Part shown: in pieces, positions 1-11,923 of the stretch | Numbering within the stretch: position 1 is the first letter of the stretch | Layout of the letters: each line of letters begins with the position of its first letter | Origin: Raja brachyura | Taxonomy: Eukaryota | Assembly: GCA_963514005.1 (NCBI GenBank) | Contig: OY740789.1 | Location: forward strand, 23,994,001-24,058,000 | Direction: 5' to 3' | DNA length: 64,000 nt | Program-made: the position numbers and the translations under genes | Notes under the pieces: model-generated | Databases searched by the model: none | What the model saw: the letters and a program-made list of their open reading frames with translations, nothing else | What the model was told of the DNA's origin: nothing

Positions 1-262
1 CCCATGTGGACAAGGGGCACATGACAGAAGCCCATCAGGATGTGCTGGGGCTCCTGTGCAGTGCATTTTTCGAAATGAATAGTTTACGAAGGAGTGCCAT
101 ACGCCCAGCCATCAATCCTAAACTTGCAGCACTATGCAAACCAATCGGTGCACAACCGGCTAACCTTTTGTTTGGGGAGGACCTCGCAAGCGAGTCAAGG
201 AACTGCACGAGGAGGCAAAAACAGTAGGTCTCATCTAAACAAGTGGCAAAACAGGCAAGAGG

Positions 263-2363
263 GTGTTCCCCTATCGGCGGGGTACCATGACAGACGCTGG
301 TGAAGGGACGAGCCATTCAGTCTCACACACACGCAGCTGGCAGCCTGCCACAGGCACAAGGGGAAGGACGAATTTCCCTACAAGGGGTCGGGGGCAACAA
401 GCGCAGTCAGGACATGTGCAGGTGAGAGATTTTGCTCTTAAGGAATACAAATTAAGTGAGAAAGATGTTCAAATTGGAGGCAGATTACACTTGTTTCTCA
501 AACTATGGCAGGAGATAACATCAGATTCATTTATACTGGGCAGTATAGAGGGGGTTAAAATTGAATTCTATCCTACTGTGTGTCCAACCATTCAGCATGT
601 TCCACGTTGAACATTTATATTTTCACAAGAAGAGAACATGCAGATACAGGCAGAACTTAACATATTATACTAAAAAGGGGTCATTGAGAAGTCAGTTCGT
701 CAATTCCGTCAGTTTGTGTCAAATATTTTTCCTAGGTCTAAAAAGACTGGGGGATGTAGAATCATTCTGGACCTGATGAGCTTGAACACCTTTGCACACT
801 ATAGGCATTTCAAAATGGAAACTTTTTCTACTGCTAAACAGCTGGTTTCCAAAGAGTGTTATATGGCCAGCATAGATCTGAAAGATACATATTACTCAGT
901 TTATTGTGATGATAGGAGGTATTTGAAGTTTACCTGGATGAGTCAGTTATGGCAATTCATAGAATTGCCTAATGGATTAACCTCAGCTCCTAGATTATTT
1001 ACCAAATTATTGAAACCTGTTCTAGGACTACTCTGAGCTCAGGGGCATGTTGTAATGGCCTATTTGGATGATATCTTAATTATCGGGAAGACTCGGAATG
1101 CAGCTGAATCATCTGTTTCAGTTGTTAAGCTCACTTTTGAGTGATTGGGGTTCATCATTCATCCAGATAACTCCAAATTATCACCAGTTAAAATTATTGA
1201 TTACTTGGGCTTTACCATTAATTCAGATCACATGCTAGTGACTCTGCCCAGGGACAAAAGGCAGCAGTTAATTGAAGGTTGTATCAATCTCCTTAGTGAG
1301 CATAGACCTTCAATTAGACAAGTGTCCAGTTTAATTGGGAAATTGGTGGCTGCTTTCCCAGCTGTGCAGTTTGGACCTCTGCATTATCAGCACTTACAAC
1401 GAGCAAAAGAACAGGCACTGAGGACACATGTGGGTCACTTTGACAAGCCCATGGGATTGTTAGCAGAAGCTATTTCAGAAATACAATGGTGGATCACAAA
1501 TGTCTCAAAATGTTCCAGGGAAGTTTTGGTTGAACATCTCTTACAGACAGATGTTAGTGCTCTAGGTTGGGGTGCTACTGATATGTCCTCCAGTTGTGGA
1601 GGCAGATGGAATAGTGACAAGACATCTCTTCTGCCATTGAGAGGGATCAATTATTTAGAGCTTTTGGGAACCTTTTATGGGCTTAAAGCTTATTGCTCTG
1701 CCAGGAGTCACTTGCATATGCAAGTTCAAATTGACAATACTACAGCAGTGGCATATGTCAATCACATGGGTTGAGTCAAGTCGGAATCTTGTGACAGATT
1801 GGCTAATCATATCTGGGGATGATGCATTGACAAATACATCTGGCTTTCAGCAATGTATTTACCAGGTAGATTCAACACAGTGGCAGACACAAGGTCATGC
1901 CAATTCAATTATAACATAGAATGGATCTTAAATCAGGACATATTTAATCCGGTGGTTGCTCGATATGGAATGCCAGATATTGATTTGTTTGCATCTAGAC
2001 TGAACCATCAGCTGCCCAAATATGTTTCATGGGAACCAGACCCTGGCACAGGTGCAGTCGATGCTTTCTCGCTGCATTGGGGTGGAATGTGTTTATATGC
2101 ATTTATGTCTCATTGGGGTGGAATGTGTTTTATATGCATTCTGTCTCATCAGTCGATGCCTGCAAAAAATCAAGCAGGACTCCGCTTTAGGAATATTGGT
2201 AGTGCCAGATTGGCCTACCCAGCCATGGTTCCCTCTCGTATTGCAGATGGCTACTCAGCCTCATATGATTGTTCCCAAACATAAAAACCTACTGGTGAAC
2301 CCAGTAACTGGCGATCAACATCCTTTACATGATCGTATTGATCTGTTAATTTTCAGATTTTAA
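263..2363 (+). pseudogene. DIRS pol (RT-RNaseH-methyltransferase-like), broken by stops and frameshifts
   Basis: ORF pieces 263-610, 716-1036, 1145-1774, 1853-2284 and 2022-2363 carry successive DIRS pol motifs. Confidence 0.9.
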
Positions 2364-2401
2364 GATGGCCATACCTGGGGAGAGGACTGTCTGATCGTAC
2401 T

Positions 2402-3333
2402 GTGGATGTTCTCACGTTGGCCTGCAGGGATAGTACCCAGAAGCAGTACATCACCTCGATAAGAAAGTGGGAGGTATTCTGCTTACAGCAGAATATCTCA
2501 TATCAAACTGCAGGCATCCCAGACGTTCTGGAGTTCTTGTCCACTCTTTATTTTGATCAAAAATTAAGCTATAGTGCGATTAATACAGCCAGAAGTGCTC
2601 TGTCTTCTTATTTGCCCATGGTGTCAGCGTTACATTCAATAGGGACACATCCGTTACTCTCTAGATTTATGAAGGGAGTTTTTAATTCTAATCATCCTAG
2701 ACCCAGGTATTCGGGTATTTGGAATGTAAGCAAAGTTCTTATGCTTCTTCGCCAGTGGACTCCTGTTACAGTCCTATTTCTAGCCAAACTAACCATGAAG
2801 GTGGTCATGCTTATGGCGTTGGTTTCAGCCCAACGTATGCAGACATTGCAGAAGCTACGGCTAGACAGGATGGAGGTACCAGCAGATGCCATCACTTTTT
2901 ATGTTTAAGATCTGCTGAAACAGAGTAGAATAGGCATGACAGGATGTAAGATTGTTTTTCAGCATACCCCAAAGATACTCGTCTGTGTGTAATGTCATAT
3001 TTGTCCCATTACATTGAGGCTACCAGAGTCCTAAGAGGCACAGAATCAGCATTATTTATTAGCCACAAAAAACCACACAGTAAGGTGTCGGTGCAAACTA
3101 TTTCAAGGTGACTAAAGCAGGTTCTGGGAAGTGCTGGGATTGATACTGATAAATTTAAATCCCATTCCACCAGGGCGGCATCAACCTCCACGGCCAGGGC
3201 GATGGACGTGCCTATAGACCATATCCTCGCGGCCGCAGGATGGTCCAGTGAGCTGACCTTCCAGAGATTTTACCATAAGTCAATTGCAAGGCTGGGGATA
3301 TTTGCTGAGTCTGTTTTAAGTTCGGTTATATAG
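2402..3333 (+). pseudogene. DIRS tyrosine recombinase, disrupted
   Basis: ORF 2402-2908 (LSYSAINTARSALS, HPLLSRFMKG, LVSAQR); after frameshifts reads FKSHSTRAASTS...ILAAAGWSSELTFQRFYHK to TAG at 3331-3333, i.e. the HxxR, W and Y catalytic motifs. Confidence 0.9.
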
Positions 3334-3536
3334 TTTCCCCCTGAGATAGAGGGGTTGCTATTGTTTTACTTTGTAATAAGCCGTTAATTCATTTGAACAA
3401 TGTTATGATTGATGCATTATTGATTATTTAATTATGTTGAGTCAATCAATGCAGTGAGAGACCGGAGTTGAATCTGCAGCATGAAATCACAGAGCTTTGA
3501 AACCTTCACGTAGTCACTCACGTGACTCCGAAGTAA

Positions 3537-3829
3537 AATAGTAAGATTAAACGAAAACTTACCAGTTTGAGGTTGTTCTTTATTTTATGAGGAGTTACGA
3601 TGAGGGACTACGTGCCATCCACTCCCTACCCTTGTATATATCATCTGGTAGTTCTAGTCTTCTGTTATCTTACTATTATACTTCAGTCACTACCTGTGAT
3701 TTCACACCACTGCTTTGAAGATTGACACACGTGCGGCTGGATGGGGTTCTTCAGATAGTCCCTCATCGTAACTCCTCATAAATAAAGATCAAACTTCAAA
3801 CTAGTAAGTTCTCGTTTAATCTTACTATT
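3537..3829. repeat. DIRS internal complementary region (ICR) and 3' terminal inverted repeat
   Basis: 3537-3610 (AATAGTAAGATTAAACG...GAGGGACTA) is the near-exact reverse complement of 3756-3829 (TAGTCCCTC...CTTACTATT). Confidence 0.9.
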
Positions 3830-4106
3830 CCCCTCTGTTACATTTAACCTTTTTATGGGAAATAATTTCCATTCTTTCTTCCTCACTGGGTCTAAATGCT
3901 AGAACGCACCAAACAGCATTGTTGGCACACCTTTACCAACTGTGGCTTGAGAAAGTAGCTGATCACCTGCTTCTCAAGGCAATTACGGCTCAGCAATAAA
4001 ATGCTGCCCTTCCCATCACTGTTTATAATCTGAAAATTAGTAAGTGAAATAAATATAATGCAACAAAGCTAATGTTGAACACAAAATTGGAAAGAGAGAC
4101 ACACAA

Positions 4107-4287
4107 TGTACTGCAGATGCTGGTTTACAAAAAGATACACAAAGTGCTGGAGTAACTCAGCAGGTCAGCCAGCATCTCTGAAGGATATGGATAGATGACG
4201 TTTAGGGTTGGGAAGGGTCTGACCTACAACGTTGCCTATCTGTGTCCTCTAGAGATGCTGCCTGACCATGAGTTACTCCAGCACTTT
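4107..4287. mobile_element. Palindromic element made of two inverted PLE pLTR halves
   Basis: AAAGTGCTGGAGTAACTCA... at 4141 pairs with ...TGAGTTACTCCAGCACTTT ending ~4287; same sequence as the PLE 3' ends at 20290 and 51800. Confidence 0.75.
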
Positions 4288-7200
4288 ATGAAACTGGAAA
4301 GGGTTGGTTTTGCAAATCGCTTTTCTAATTCTAGTTTATATTTCATTACTACAGTTTTCTTTCCTATATCATGCCACATAAAATAACCCCGTTCTGCTGG
4401 TAAGATTGAGTAATTGATAACTCTACTGAGTCTGAGAGTTCTCTAACACTGTGGTTTTTAACTAAATTTACAATGATAAGGGAATCTTGGTCAATAGACC
4501 AATCTTATAGCATGGATTATGGGTTATCATGTAGTAAGGTGAGACTTTCAGCGTTAATAAATTAGATCATAATCCCCTTTCTTACTTTTACACACAAATA
4601 AACCGACTGATGCAGGAGACAGGTTATCAATTAGTCCAATAGCAACGTCCATGCTGGGTAGAACAAAGGGGAAAGTATGCCCTGTGCATTCACTACAAGG
4701 TGGCTGACACAATAATCTGGTTTACGGAAGGGGCAGAGGAACAATTTTGCCATTATTTTTAGGGTCAGATAGCAGGAGACTATTACCCATTCTGTCCTCT
4801 GGAGGTAAATTCAAGCCATGCTGACAAGCCATGATGACAAACAGAACAGGAGTCAACTATTCTCAATGGCCCTGGCGTTGACAATGTAATTGCATATTAA
4901 GAAACTCTCAGCTGTGTGTATCAAATGTGAAGCAGATGGTAGCATTAATTGGCATCGGTATAAATTTAGCTCAAATAGCAATTTTAGTCAAGCTTTTAAA
5001 TGAAATGCAGATACATACTATTATGAGAAATAATAATCACAGAGTGTGGTACAACACCGTAAAATGGATTAGGCAGCAGGGCTGCATATCAAGCAAGAAG
5101 TTGGTGCATCAGGCAGAGGGTTTGACAAATCTTAGGTCGGGGCAAATAAGAAAAGGGTTACACCAGACATAGTGATGAAATGAGAAACAAAACATACAAC
5201 ATAAGAACTGCAGAATGATTTTAAAGAAATTGCACATCCAGTGCATCACGTTCAATGTGATTATTGTGTACCAGGTAGACATATCAAACAATAAATAAAT
5301 AAAAAGTTTTGTAATTTGCCGCAAGTAAAATGTATGCTTCACACTTTTCACTTCAGTCCTTAAGGATGGATGCAACAGCTCCTTACCTTTAGCAGGAGAT
5401 CCAGAGAAACCTTGGAAAAAAGACACGGATGACATCTAATTCTGTGTAGATTATTTGTGAAAATTATAGCATATGATTTAGAGAGCAAAAATCCAACTCC
5501 ATGCTCTTCTAATATTGAGGAGCAAGCAACAGGAATTTTCAATTTATGACTGGTGTTAAAGTTTCAAACAAATGGCCATAACATTTAAGGAAGTATATTT
5601 TTGTATTATTGAAATGTGGACATCATTGGCAAGCTCACTGGAAGTAATAAACTGGCATCATTGTAATATTTGTCTTGATGATGATTTCAAAATGGTAGAT
5701 AGGGAATTCCTGGATATTAACAATGAAAGGGTCAAGAACCAGAGGGCATAGATTTAATTGAACGGCAAAAGGTTTGCAAAGTTAATTAGGAAAATAATTT
5801 TACCCAAAGCATGGCAGAGGTTTGGAATTCACTGTTTGAAACGATGGTAGGTACAAAAACAATCAAAGCATTTGAAAAGTTTATTTCAAGAGTTGTGACC
5901 TTCCTCACTGTTGCCAACTCTGAGTTGGAGCTGGGGTTAGACAGGGTAGCACTTTCTCAATCTGTATGGATACAATGGTATCCAGTGTTATAAATTGAAG
6001 GAGCCATTAATATGACTTAAAGTACGAATGTTTCAATGAAATTGTTGCCTTTGTCGGTCTTGATGGGAGAATAGGTAAAATAACTATTTTTCCTTAAATG
6101 TTTTTGCAGCTTAGTTGTGAGTAATCATTTGACCTAGTGAATGAAAACTTACAGGTAGTAAAGAGGTGAGCCATCAAATGCAGAGTACTCTCACTCTGGT
6201 ATGCTTATGTAGTTACTGAGTTAATGAGGTTGATCCAGTTGGGCTTCAAGTCACAGGGTTTGTAGATATCACCAATATTAATCTCTGCGTCAAGGGTCAT
6301 GTTTGAAACCATCCCTGAATTTGGACTGGAAAATCCAACAGTCCATTCCTCCACTATTTCTACTGATCTTTTGGGCTCACTCTTGACTTGTTGACTAATT
6401 TTGCATAACATTTGAAACTTGGGTTGATGCCTTGAAAACTTCAATAATGTTATTATGGAGGTATAAAGCAACCTGATAATTATTGCCAGACACAGTTTGT
6501 CTCTAGGGCATGTGCCTATAATCCTTGCCTGGATTTCCAGGAAGCTTTGGCATCCTGTACAATTTGCTAAACTGGTGTTCACTTTCAAAGTCATTTAATT
6601 TTATGGATGTAAAAAAAATCCAGGACACGATGATACAAAAGCACCATCCTCCATCCTTATATCAGCATTGCAACATTACTTCCTGAAAATGACCAGACTT
6701 TGAAACTAACAGATCAGAATTTTGTGACAAATGAAGATTTGTGACAGTAGGTCGTTGTTCAGTACTCATAACAAATAGGCATCTATTGGCGAAGGTAATG
6801 GTGCTCAGAAGAAATGCAAGAACTTTATGAACTTCCTCTTAAATGACAGATCACAGCTTTGAGCCCAAGGTTGGATGTTTAATCCTGCTGCCTGGTAGTT
6901 TTATGGGATCTCAGGCTGATCTGAGGTGCTCGGGGGTAAGAATTCATCTTCAGTGTTTGATTGTACAGTTTCATAGCAGACTCAGGGAGTAATGCTGCCA
7001 ACACATGATTCACAAAATAGTGTGGGAATATCTGGAGAGTATGAACTGATACCATGTTTACTGAAAAGATGCTGCGATTTTAGCAGTAATTTTGGTCTTA
7101 TTTTTTCTCACAATGCAGAACAATGGGCAGGCCAATATTGTTATTCCATGCCTAAAGCCCCGTGAACTGACGTAGATTATTTCAGAGGGCAAACACAAGA

Positions 7201-9477
7201 GAGGGTTTGGAATCAGATTACTAGGTAAACATAACATACTTTAAAAATATTACTCAATCTGATCGGTTTTGTAACAATTCTACAGCTTCATAGATTAATA
7301 GTAGCCTCTTATTCCAGATTTATTTAATTCCTTAACATTACGATTTAATTGTTTTTCTTAAAACCATGTCACCATAGTGGGATTTTAATTTACTAGTCTA
7401 CAAGGACATGGGAAATGGGAGTCAGAGACTATTTGGCTCTTTGAGATCATTCTATCATCCATTAAGATCACAACTGACTTCAGTACCCTTTCCTGCACAA
7501 CTCAAGGTGAAAATACTTCTCCCCTTTGTTCTAAATGGCATATCCCTTATTATGAAACTGTGCCCCAGGCCTCAGCAAGGGTTCCATTGCATCCATTCTT
7601 GGAGCCTTTTAAGAGTTTTATATGTTTTGATGAAACTCCTATCATTCTTCTAAACTCTAGTGAATGCAGAATTCATCTCTGCTCAATTTCTCCTCCTCTG
7701 GTGTTGAGTGTCTTCACTACAGATGTCAAAGGTTACTGGGAGAATGCAGGAGAATGGGGTTGAGAGTGAAAAATAAATCAGACATAATGGCAGAGCAGAT
7801 CGATGCGCCGAATGGCCTAATTGTGCTCCCATGTCATGGTCTTATGGTCAATAAACGAAGGAGAAAAAAACAGGGGATTCCAAACATGGCAGATGGCATG
7901 TAACGTGGAAATCGATGGTCCCTTGCTTTTCTCTCCCTTCTTTCTTGAACATACCACCATAAGACATTAGAGCACTATTGGGTTATTTGGCCCATCGAGT
8001 CGCCCTGCCATTCAATCATGTCATATTTAATTTTCACTCGCAACCCCATTCTCCTGTATTCTCCCAGTAATCTTTGACATCTGTAAATTTAGATGGAAAG
8101 GTGACAATAGATAGCCCACTCAAGATGTAATTGAACCTGTCACCTCATCTTTCATCCAGCTCTTGTGAAAGGCACTGAAAATAAGAGATTCCCCTTAAGA
8201 ATTATCCTGGGCAGTATTTTGATTGCTGTAGTGATGGATGTTGCTCACAAAGAACTCCCGGATAAATATATTTGTAAAGCAGTTGCCACATGCTTACAAA
8301 TAGAGAAGATAACACACTGCCCGTCTAAACATTGACTTCCTCAACTCAGAACAAGGTACAACAAAATGTAGTTGTACGACATTCTCTCTCAGCATTATGT
8401 AATTGAATATCGACTCCAAACCAGTGTGAGAAATGGGCAGCGACTATTTTCCAGTAAATGGTTTCACTCCAGAAGTGTAACTAGGCACTTCCAAGGATGC
8501 ATTACACTGGCACTCCCAACTTAAATTCTGTGTGCATGGTGTGATGTTGATCTCTGTGCGTTGCTCCTATTGAAGCACTGTGAGGGAACCTGGGCCACCT
8601 TGTTTGAGTGTAAACAGTTAGATTTTACTTTTGTGGCTCCGACTGCAATATCCACCAAATAAGTTGACCACTTGTTTTGAATCCTTTGGGCAACCCCAAC
8701 CAAACTCCCCTTACCACCACTCCATCCTTCCCCCTACCCTTTGACCATTCCCAATCACACACCCAGTTCTTATACGTTAGGCACAGCTATAGTTTATGGT
8801 GCATGGCCAACAAACATAGGGGTCCAAATAAGGGAGCTGCGTTTGCCTTTGTGGCCACAGAAGAGGACAAGGGCAATGCGATCCCTCTTAGCTGCTCTCT
8901 AAATGATTGTTCATGGGCAAAATACTTATTTGTCCTTATACTTATGTGGCCTTATTTTGCTAAAAGTGGTTTGGTATACCTGATTGTTGAACTGACTAGC
9001 AATAAGATTCAGCCAAGTATTGAAGGAAAGCTGAAGAAAAAGAAGAATGTTGCAAAGAGGACAGTTTAATCGATGAAATGCATTCCCATTTATATCAAAA
9101 CTTATTGAATTCATTACATCGCCCATTAATATCTTCTCACTTTTAACATTGCAAAGAGTGGTCAGCCCAGATTCATACGGAGATGTGTCATAAATGTTTT
9201 AAAGTGTAACCATACATTTTTCTTACATTGTTAAAGAATATATAATGTGAAAATATAAAATTAATGAAACAAAAACAGTAAGAAATTAGAGGAATGCAAA
9301 TTATACACTAAAATTGATGTTTAAAAAACAAAACAGATTTAGAATGATAGGGCCATTCAAAATAAAAGTTGTTAAAAATTATATCAACCAGGATAACATC
9401 AACAATGATCCTACATGAAACATGTTTGGACATGACAATGAATGCCAAGCATGTTAGAATGATTAAACAATGAAAGA

Positions 9478-9770
9478 GTCTGCAGATGCTGTGAGCTTCA
9501 GCAAAATCACAGTGTTGGAGGAACTCAGCAAGCTCAGCAGGGTCTTGACCTGAAACGTCGTCTGTCTGTCTTCCTGCACAAATGCTGCCTGGCCTGCTGA
9601 GTTCCTCCAACGCTTTGTTTTTTTGTTCAAAATCACTGCATCCACAGTCTCTTGTGACTCCAACTTTTGTTTCAGTCAGTTTGAAGAAGAGTCCTGACCC
9701 AAAAAGTCGTCTGTCCTTTTTCGTCTGCATGCTGCCTGACCCGCTGAGTTCGTCCAGCACTTTTTTTTTG
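9478..9770. mobile_element. Cluster of degenerate PLE pLTR fragments
   Basis: ctgcagatgctg / ctggaggaactcagc motifs and two decayed hammerhead-like segments (gggtcttgacctgaaacgtc; ttgaagaagagtcctgaccc). Confidence 0.65.
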
Positions 9771-10099
9771 TTTGTTCAAGTGAAAGTTGGTTCTGGCTTC
9801 ACTTATTCTTTTATTCAAATCTTCAAATGTCAGCCTTTGAAATAAGCAATTAAAATAAAAACTCAGGGAACATTCAACAAGTCAGACATCACCTTGCAAA
9901 GAGAAAAAAAGTTGGACCCTCTTCGCAGATGCTCGTTTCAGACGTCCATAATTTTTATAAACTTTAATTATCTGTAAAATCAGGATGTTTTTATTACTCA
10001 TTCAGGCCAGAGATTGTTCAGACACAAAAGGCTGCAGTAACTCAGCAGGTCAGGCAGCATCTCAGGAGAAAAGGATAAGGTGATATTTCAGGTTTCAAT

Positions 10100-10550
10100 C
10101 GTGTTTCAATTGTAAAGAGTATTGTTGGAACCACACCTAGAGTAATAGGTACAATATCAATTTCCTTATGTAATGGAGAATGTTAATGCTTTGGAAGCAG
10201 CTCAAACAAGGCTTGCTGGACTAATACCACGGATGGATGAGTTGTCTTCTGAGATAAGGCCGGGCAGGCTATGATTGTATCTGCTGGAGTTTAGATGAGG
10301 TCTAGATCCTAAACTGTGGTCACTGTTTAATAATTAATAAGTCATCATTTAAAATGGAAGAAGCAAAAATCTTTCTCTCAGAGGATCATAAATCTTTGGA
10401 TCTTTCTTCCTCAACGCTCAGTAGAAGCAGAGATTTTGAATATTTGTAGGGCAGAGATGGATAACTTCTTCTGAAGCAAGTGGGTGAAAGATTACCATGG
10501 GCAGAGAAAAGTGAAGTGGAAAGGTTACAATCAGGTCAGCCATGGTCTTT
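10100..10550 (+). mobile_element. Old CR1 LINE 3' fragment
   Basis: Degenerate match to the CR1 ORF2 C-terminus (ccacacctagagta, gagaggatcataaatctttgg) seen intact at 56174-56600. Confidence 0.6.
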
Positions 10551-10574
10551 ATTCATTTCAAAACAAGTTTAAAA

Positions 10575-10965
10575 AAAAATCAAAATGAACTTTATTCAAA
10601 GTAAACAATATGTACAAGACAGGAACTGTGCAAAAAATGCTTCAGACATTCTCGAAGGCCATACATACATTCAATTTGTCGTTACGTCGTATTTTCTCAA
10701 TTTTACTCCTCAACCTCACCACTCATGTGGCCCCCTGGGTTGAAATCCTTTCCTTTATTTGAGGGACGTCTCCACCATCCCCTGCCCCTCAATGTTCAGC
10801 AGCTGAAGGACCCTAGACTGTGGTCCACCCCCACAGAGTCTTGGCGTTGGCTGCACCGAGCTTCAGTGCGTCCCTCAGCACGCACTCCTACAGTCTGGAG
10901 CGGGCCAGTCGGCAACATTCTCTGATGGACATCTCGCTCTGCTGGGAGGTCAACAAAGTTTGAGT
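10575..10965 (-). mobile_element. Tx1/L1-clade non-LTR retrotransposon 3' end
   Basis: Minus strand reads LLTSQQSEMSIRECCRLARSRL*ECVLRDALKLGAANAKTLWG, followed by a 3' UTR with AATAAA (tttatt at ~10592). Confidence 0.55.
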
Positions 10966-11622
10966 TTCACCGAGTTGAGGGATTAGCTTCCTCCTGCTTC
11001 TGATTCAGCCATTGATGTGCTCAGATTATCTGGAACAAGAAGTGCAACTCGTTTTTTGAGAGAGAATGAGCAAGTTGGGGATTTTTGTTTTAATCCTCCA
11101 GGATATGTTAGCCAGCGAAGTGGAAGATATTGAAGTAATTAGAGACAGTTACACTAAATTAGCCCACTGTGCAGAGAGTAATGTGTTGCTATTTGTTGTT
11201 GCAGTAATGATTGATGTTTGAATTAAATTAGCTTAATTAGTTGCTAGGGACTGGTGATTGGTTTACACAACAGTTTCACTTTCATTAGTTTTTTGTAATG
11301 AACTGTAGTCCCTACAGACCTGACACATTTTTCATCTGCATTCTAGCAGGAAGTAAAATAACTTTAAAAAATCATAAGCTAAATATATATATATTTAAAA
11401 ATTGATTCCAATGTACTGAAACATGCCCGCCAATATTGCAGGAGAGATAAAGGGATCTAACATTAAAGGAGCATGGAACGGATTGGGGCCTAGAGGAGCG
11501 AGGAAGAAATCAAATGGTTAGAGAGGAATGGAAATGAGGATTGGAGAGGAGAGGAGAGGAGAGGATGGGAGCAGCATTGGGAGGGTTAAGTTGCTATTTA
11601 TGAATTAGAGCAGTTAGACCAT

Positions 11623-11923
11623 GGGCAGCATGGTGGCGCAGCAGTAGTGTTGCTGCCTTACAGAGCCAGAGACCCGGGTTCGATCCTGAGTACAGGTGCT
11701 GTCTGTATAGTGTTTGTACGTTCTCCCCTAAACCACGTGGACTTTCTCTGTGATTTTCATTGTTTTCCCACACTCAAAAGACATACAGGTTTGTAGGTTA
11801 ATTAGCTTGGTATAGATGTAAAAATGTCCCTAGTGTGTGTTAATGTGCGAGGATAGCTGGTCGGTGTGGACTCGGTGGGCCGAAGGGCCTGTTACTGCAC
11901 TGTATGTCTAAACTAAACTAAAC
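11623..11923 (+). mobile_element. tRNA-derived SINE (HE1/V-SINE-like), full length
   Basis: Box A TGGCGCAGCAGT, box B GGTTCGATCC, central TTTGTACGTTCTCCCC core, CR1-like 3' part GGGCCGAAGGGCCTGTT, (AAACT)n tail. Confidence 0.85.

Larger units (their letters stand above)
1..3829 (+). mobile_element. DIRS1-like tyrosine-recombinase retrotransposon, decayed; 5' part lies outside the window
   Basis: Ordered remnants: gag-like (6-227), RT (263-1430; RIILDL, FKMET, SIDLKDTY, LPNGLTSAPRLFTK, AYLDD at ~1058-1072), RNase H (LQTDVSALGWG, INYLEL, DNTTAVAYVN), methyltransferase-like domain (PDIDLFASRLN), tyrosine recombinase, then a 3' inverted-repeat structure. Confidence 0.95.

Noticed and set aside
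6205-9760. ORFs of 129-150 aa (6205-6594, 8677-9069, 9308-9760)
   Set aside because: No recognisable domains; they overlap decayed repeats or are of chance length
11623-11700. tRNA gene
   Set aside because: Box A/B head continues into a SINE body and tail, with several copies in the window
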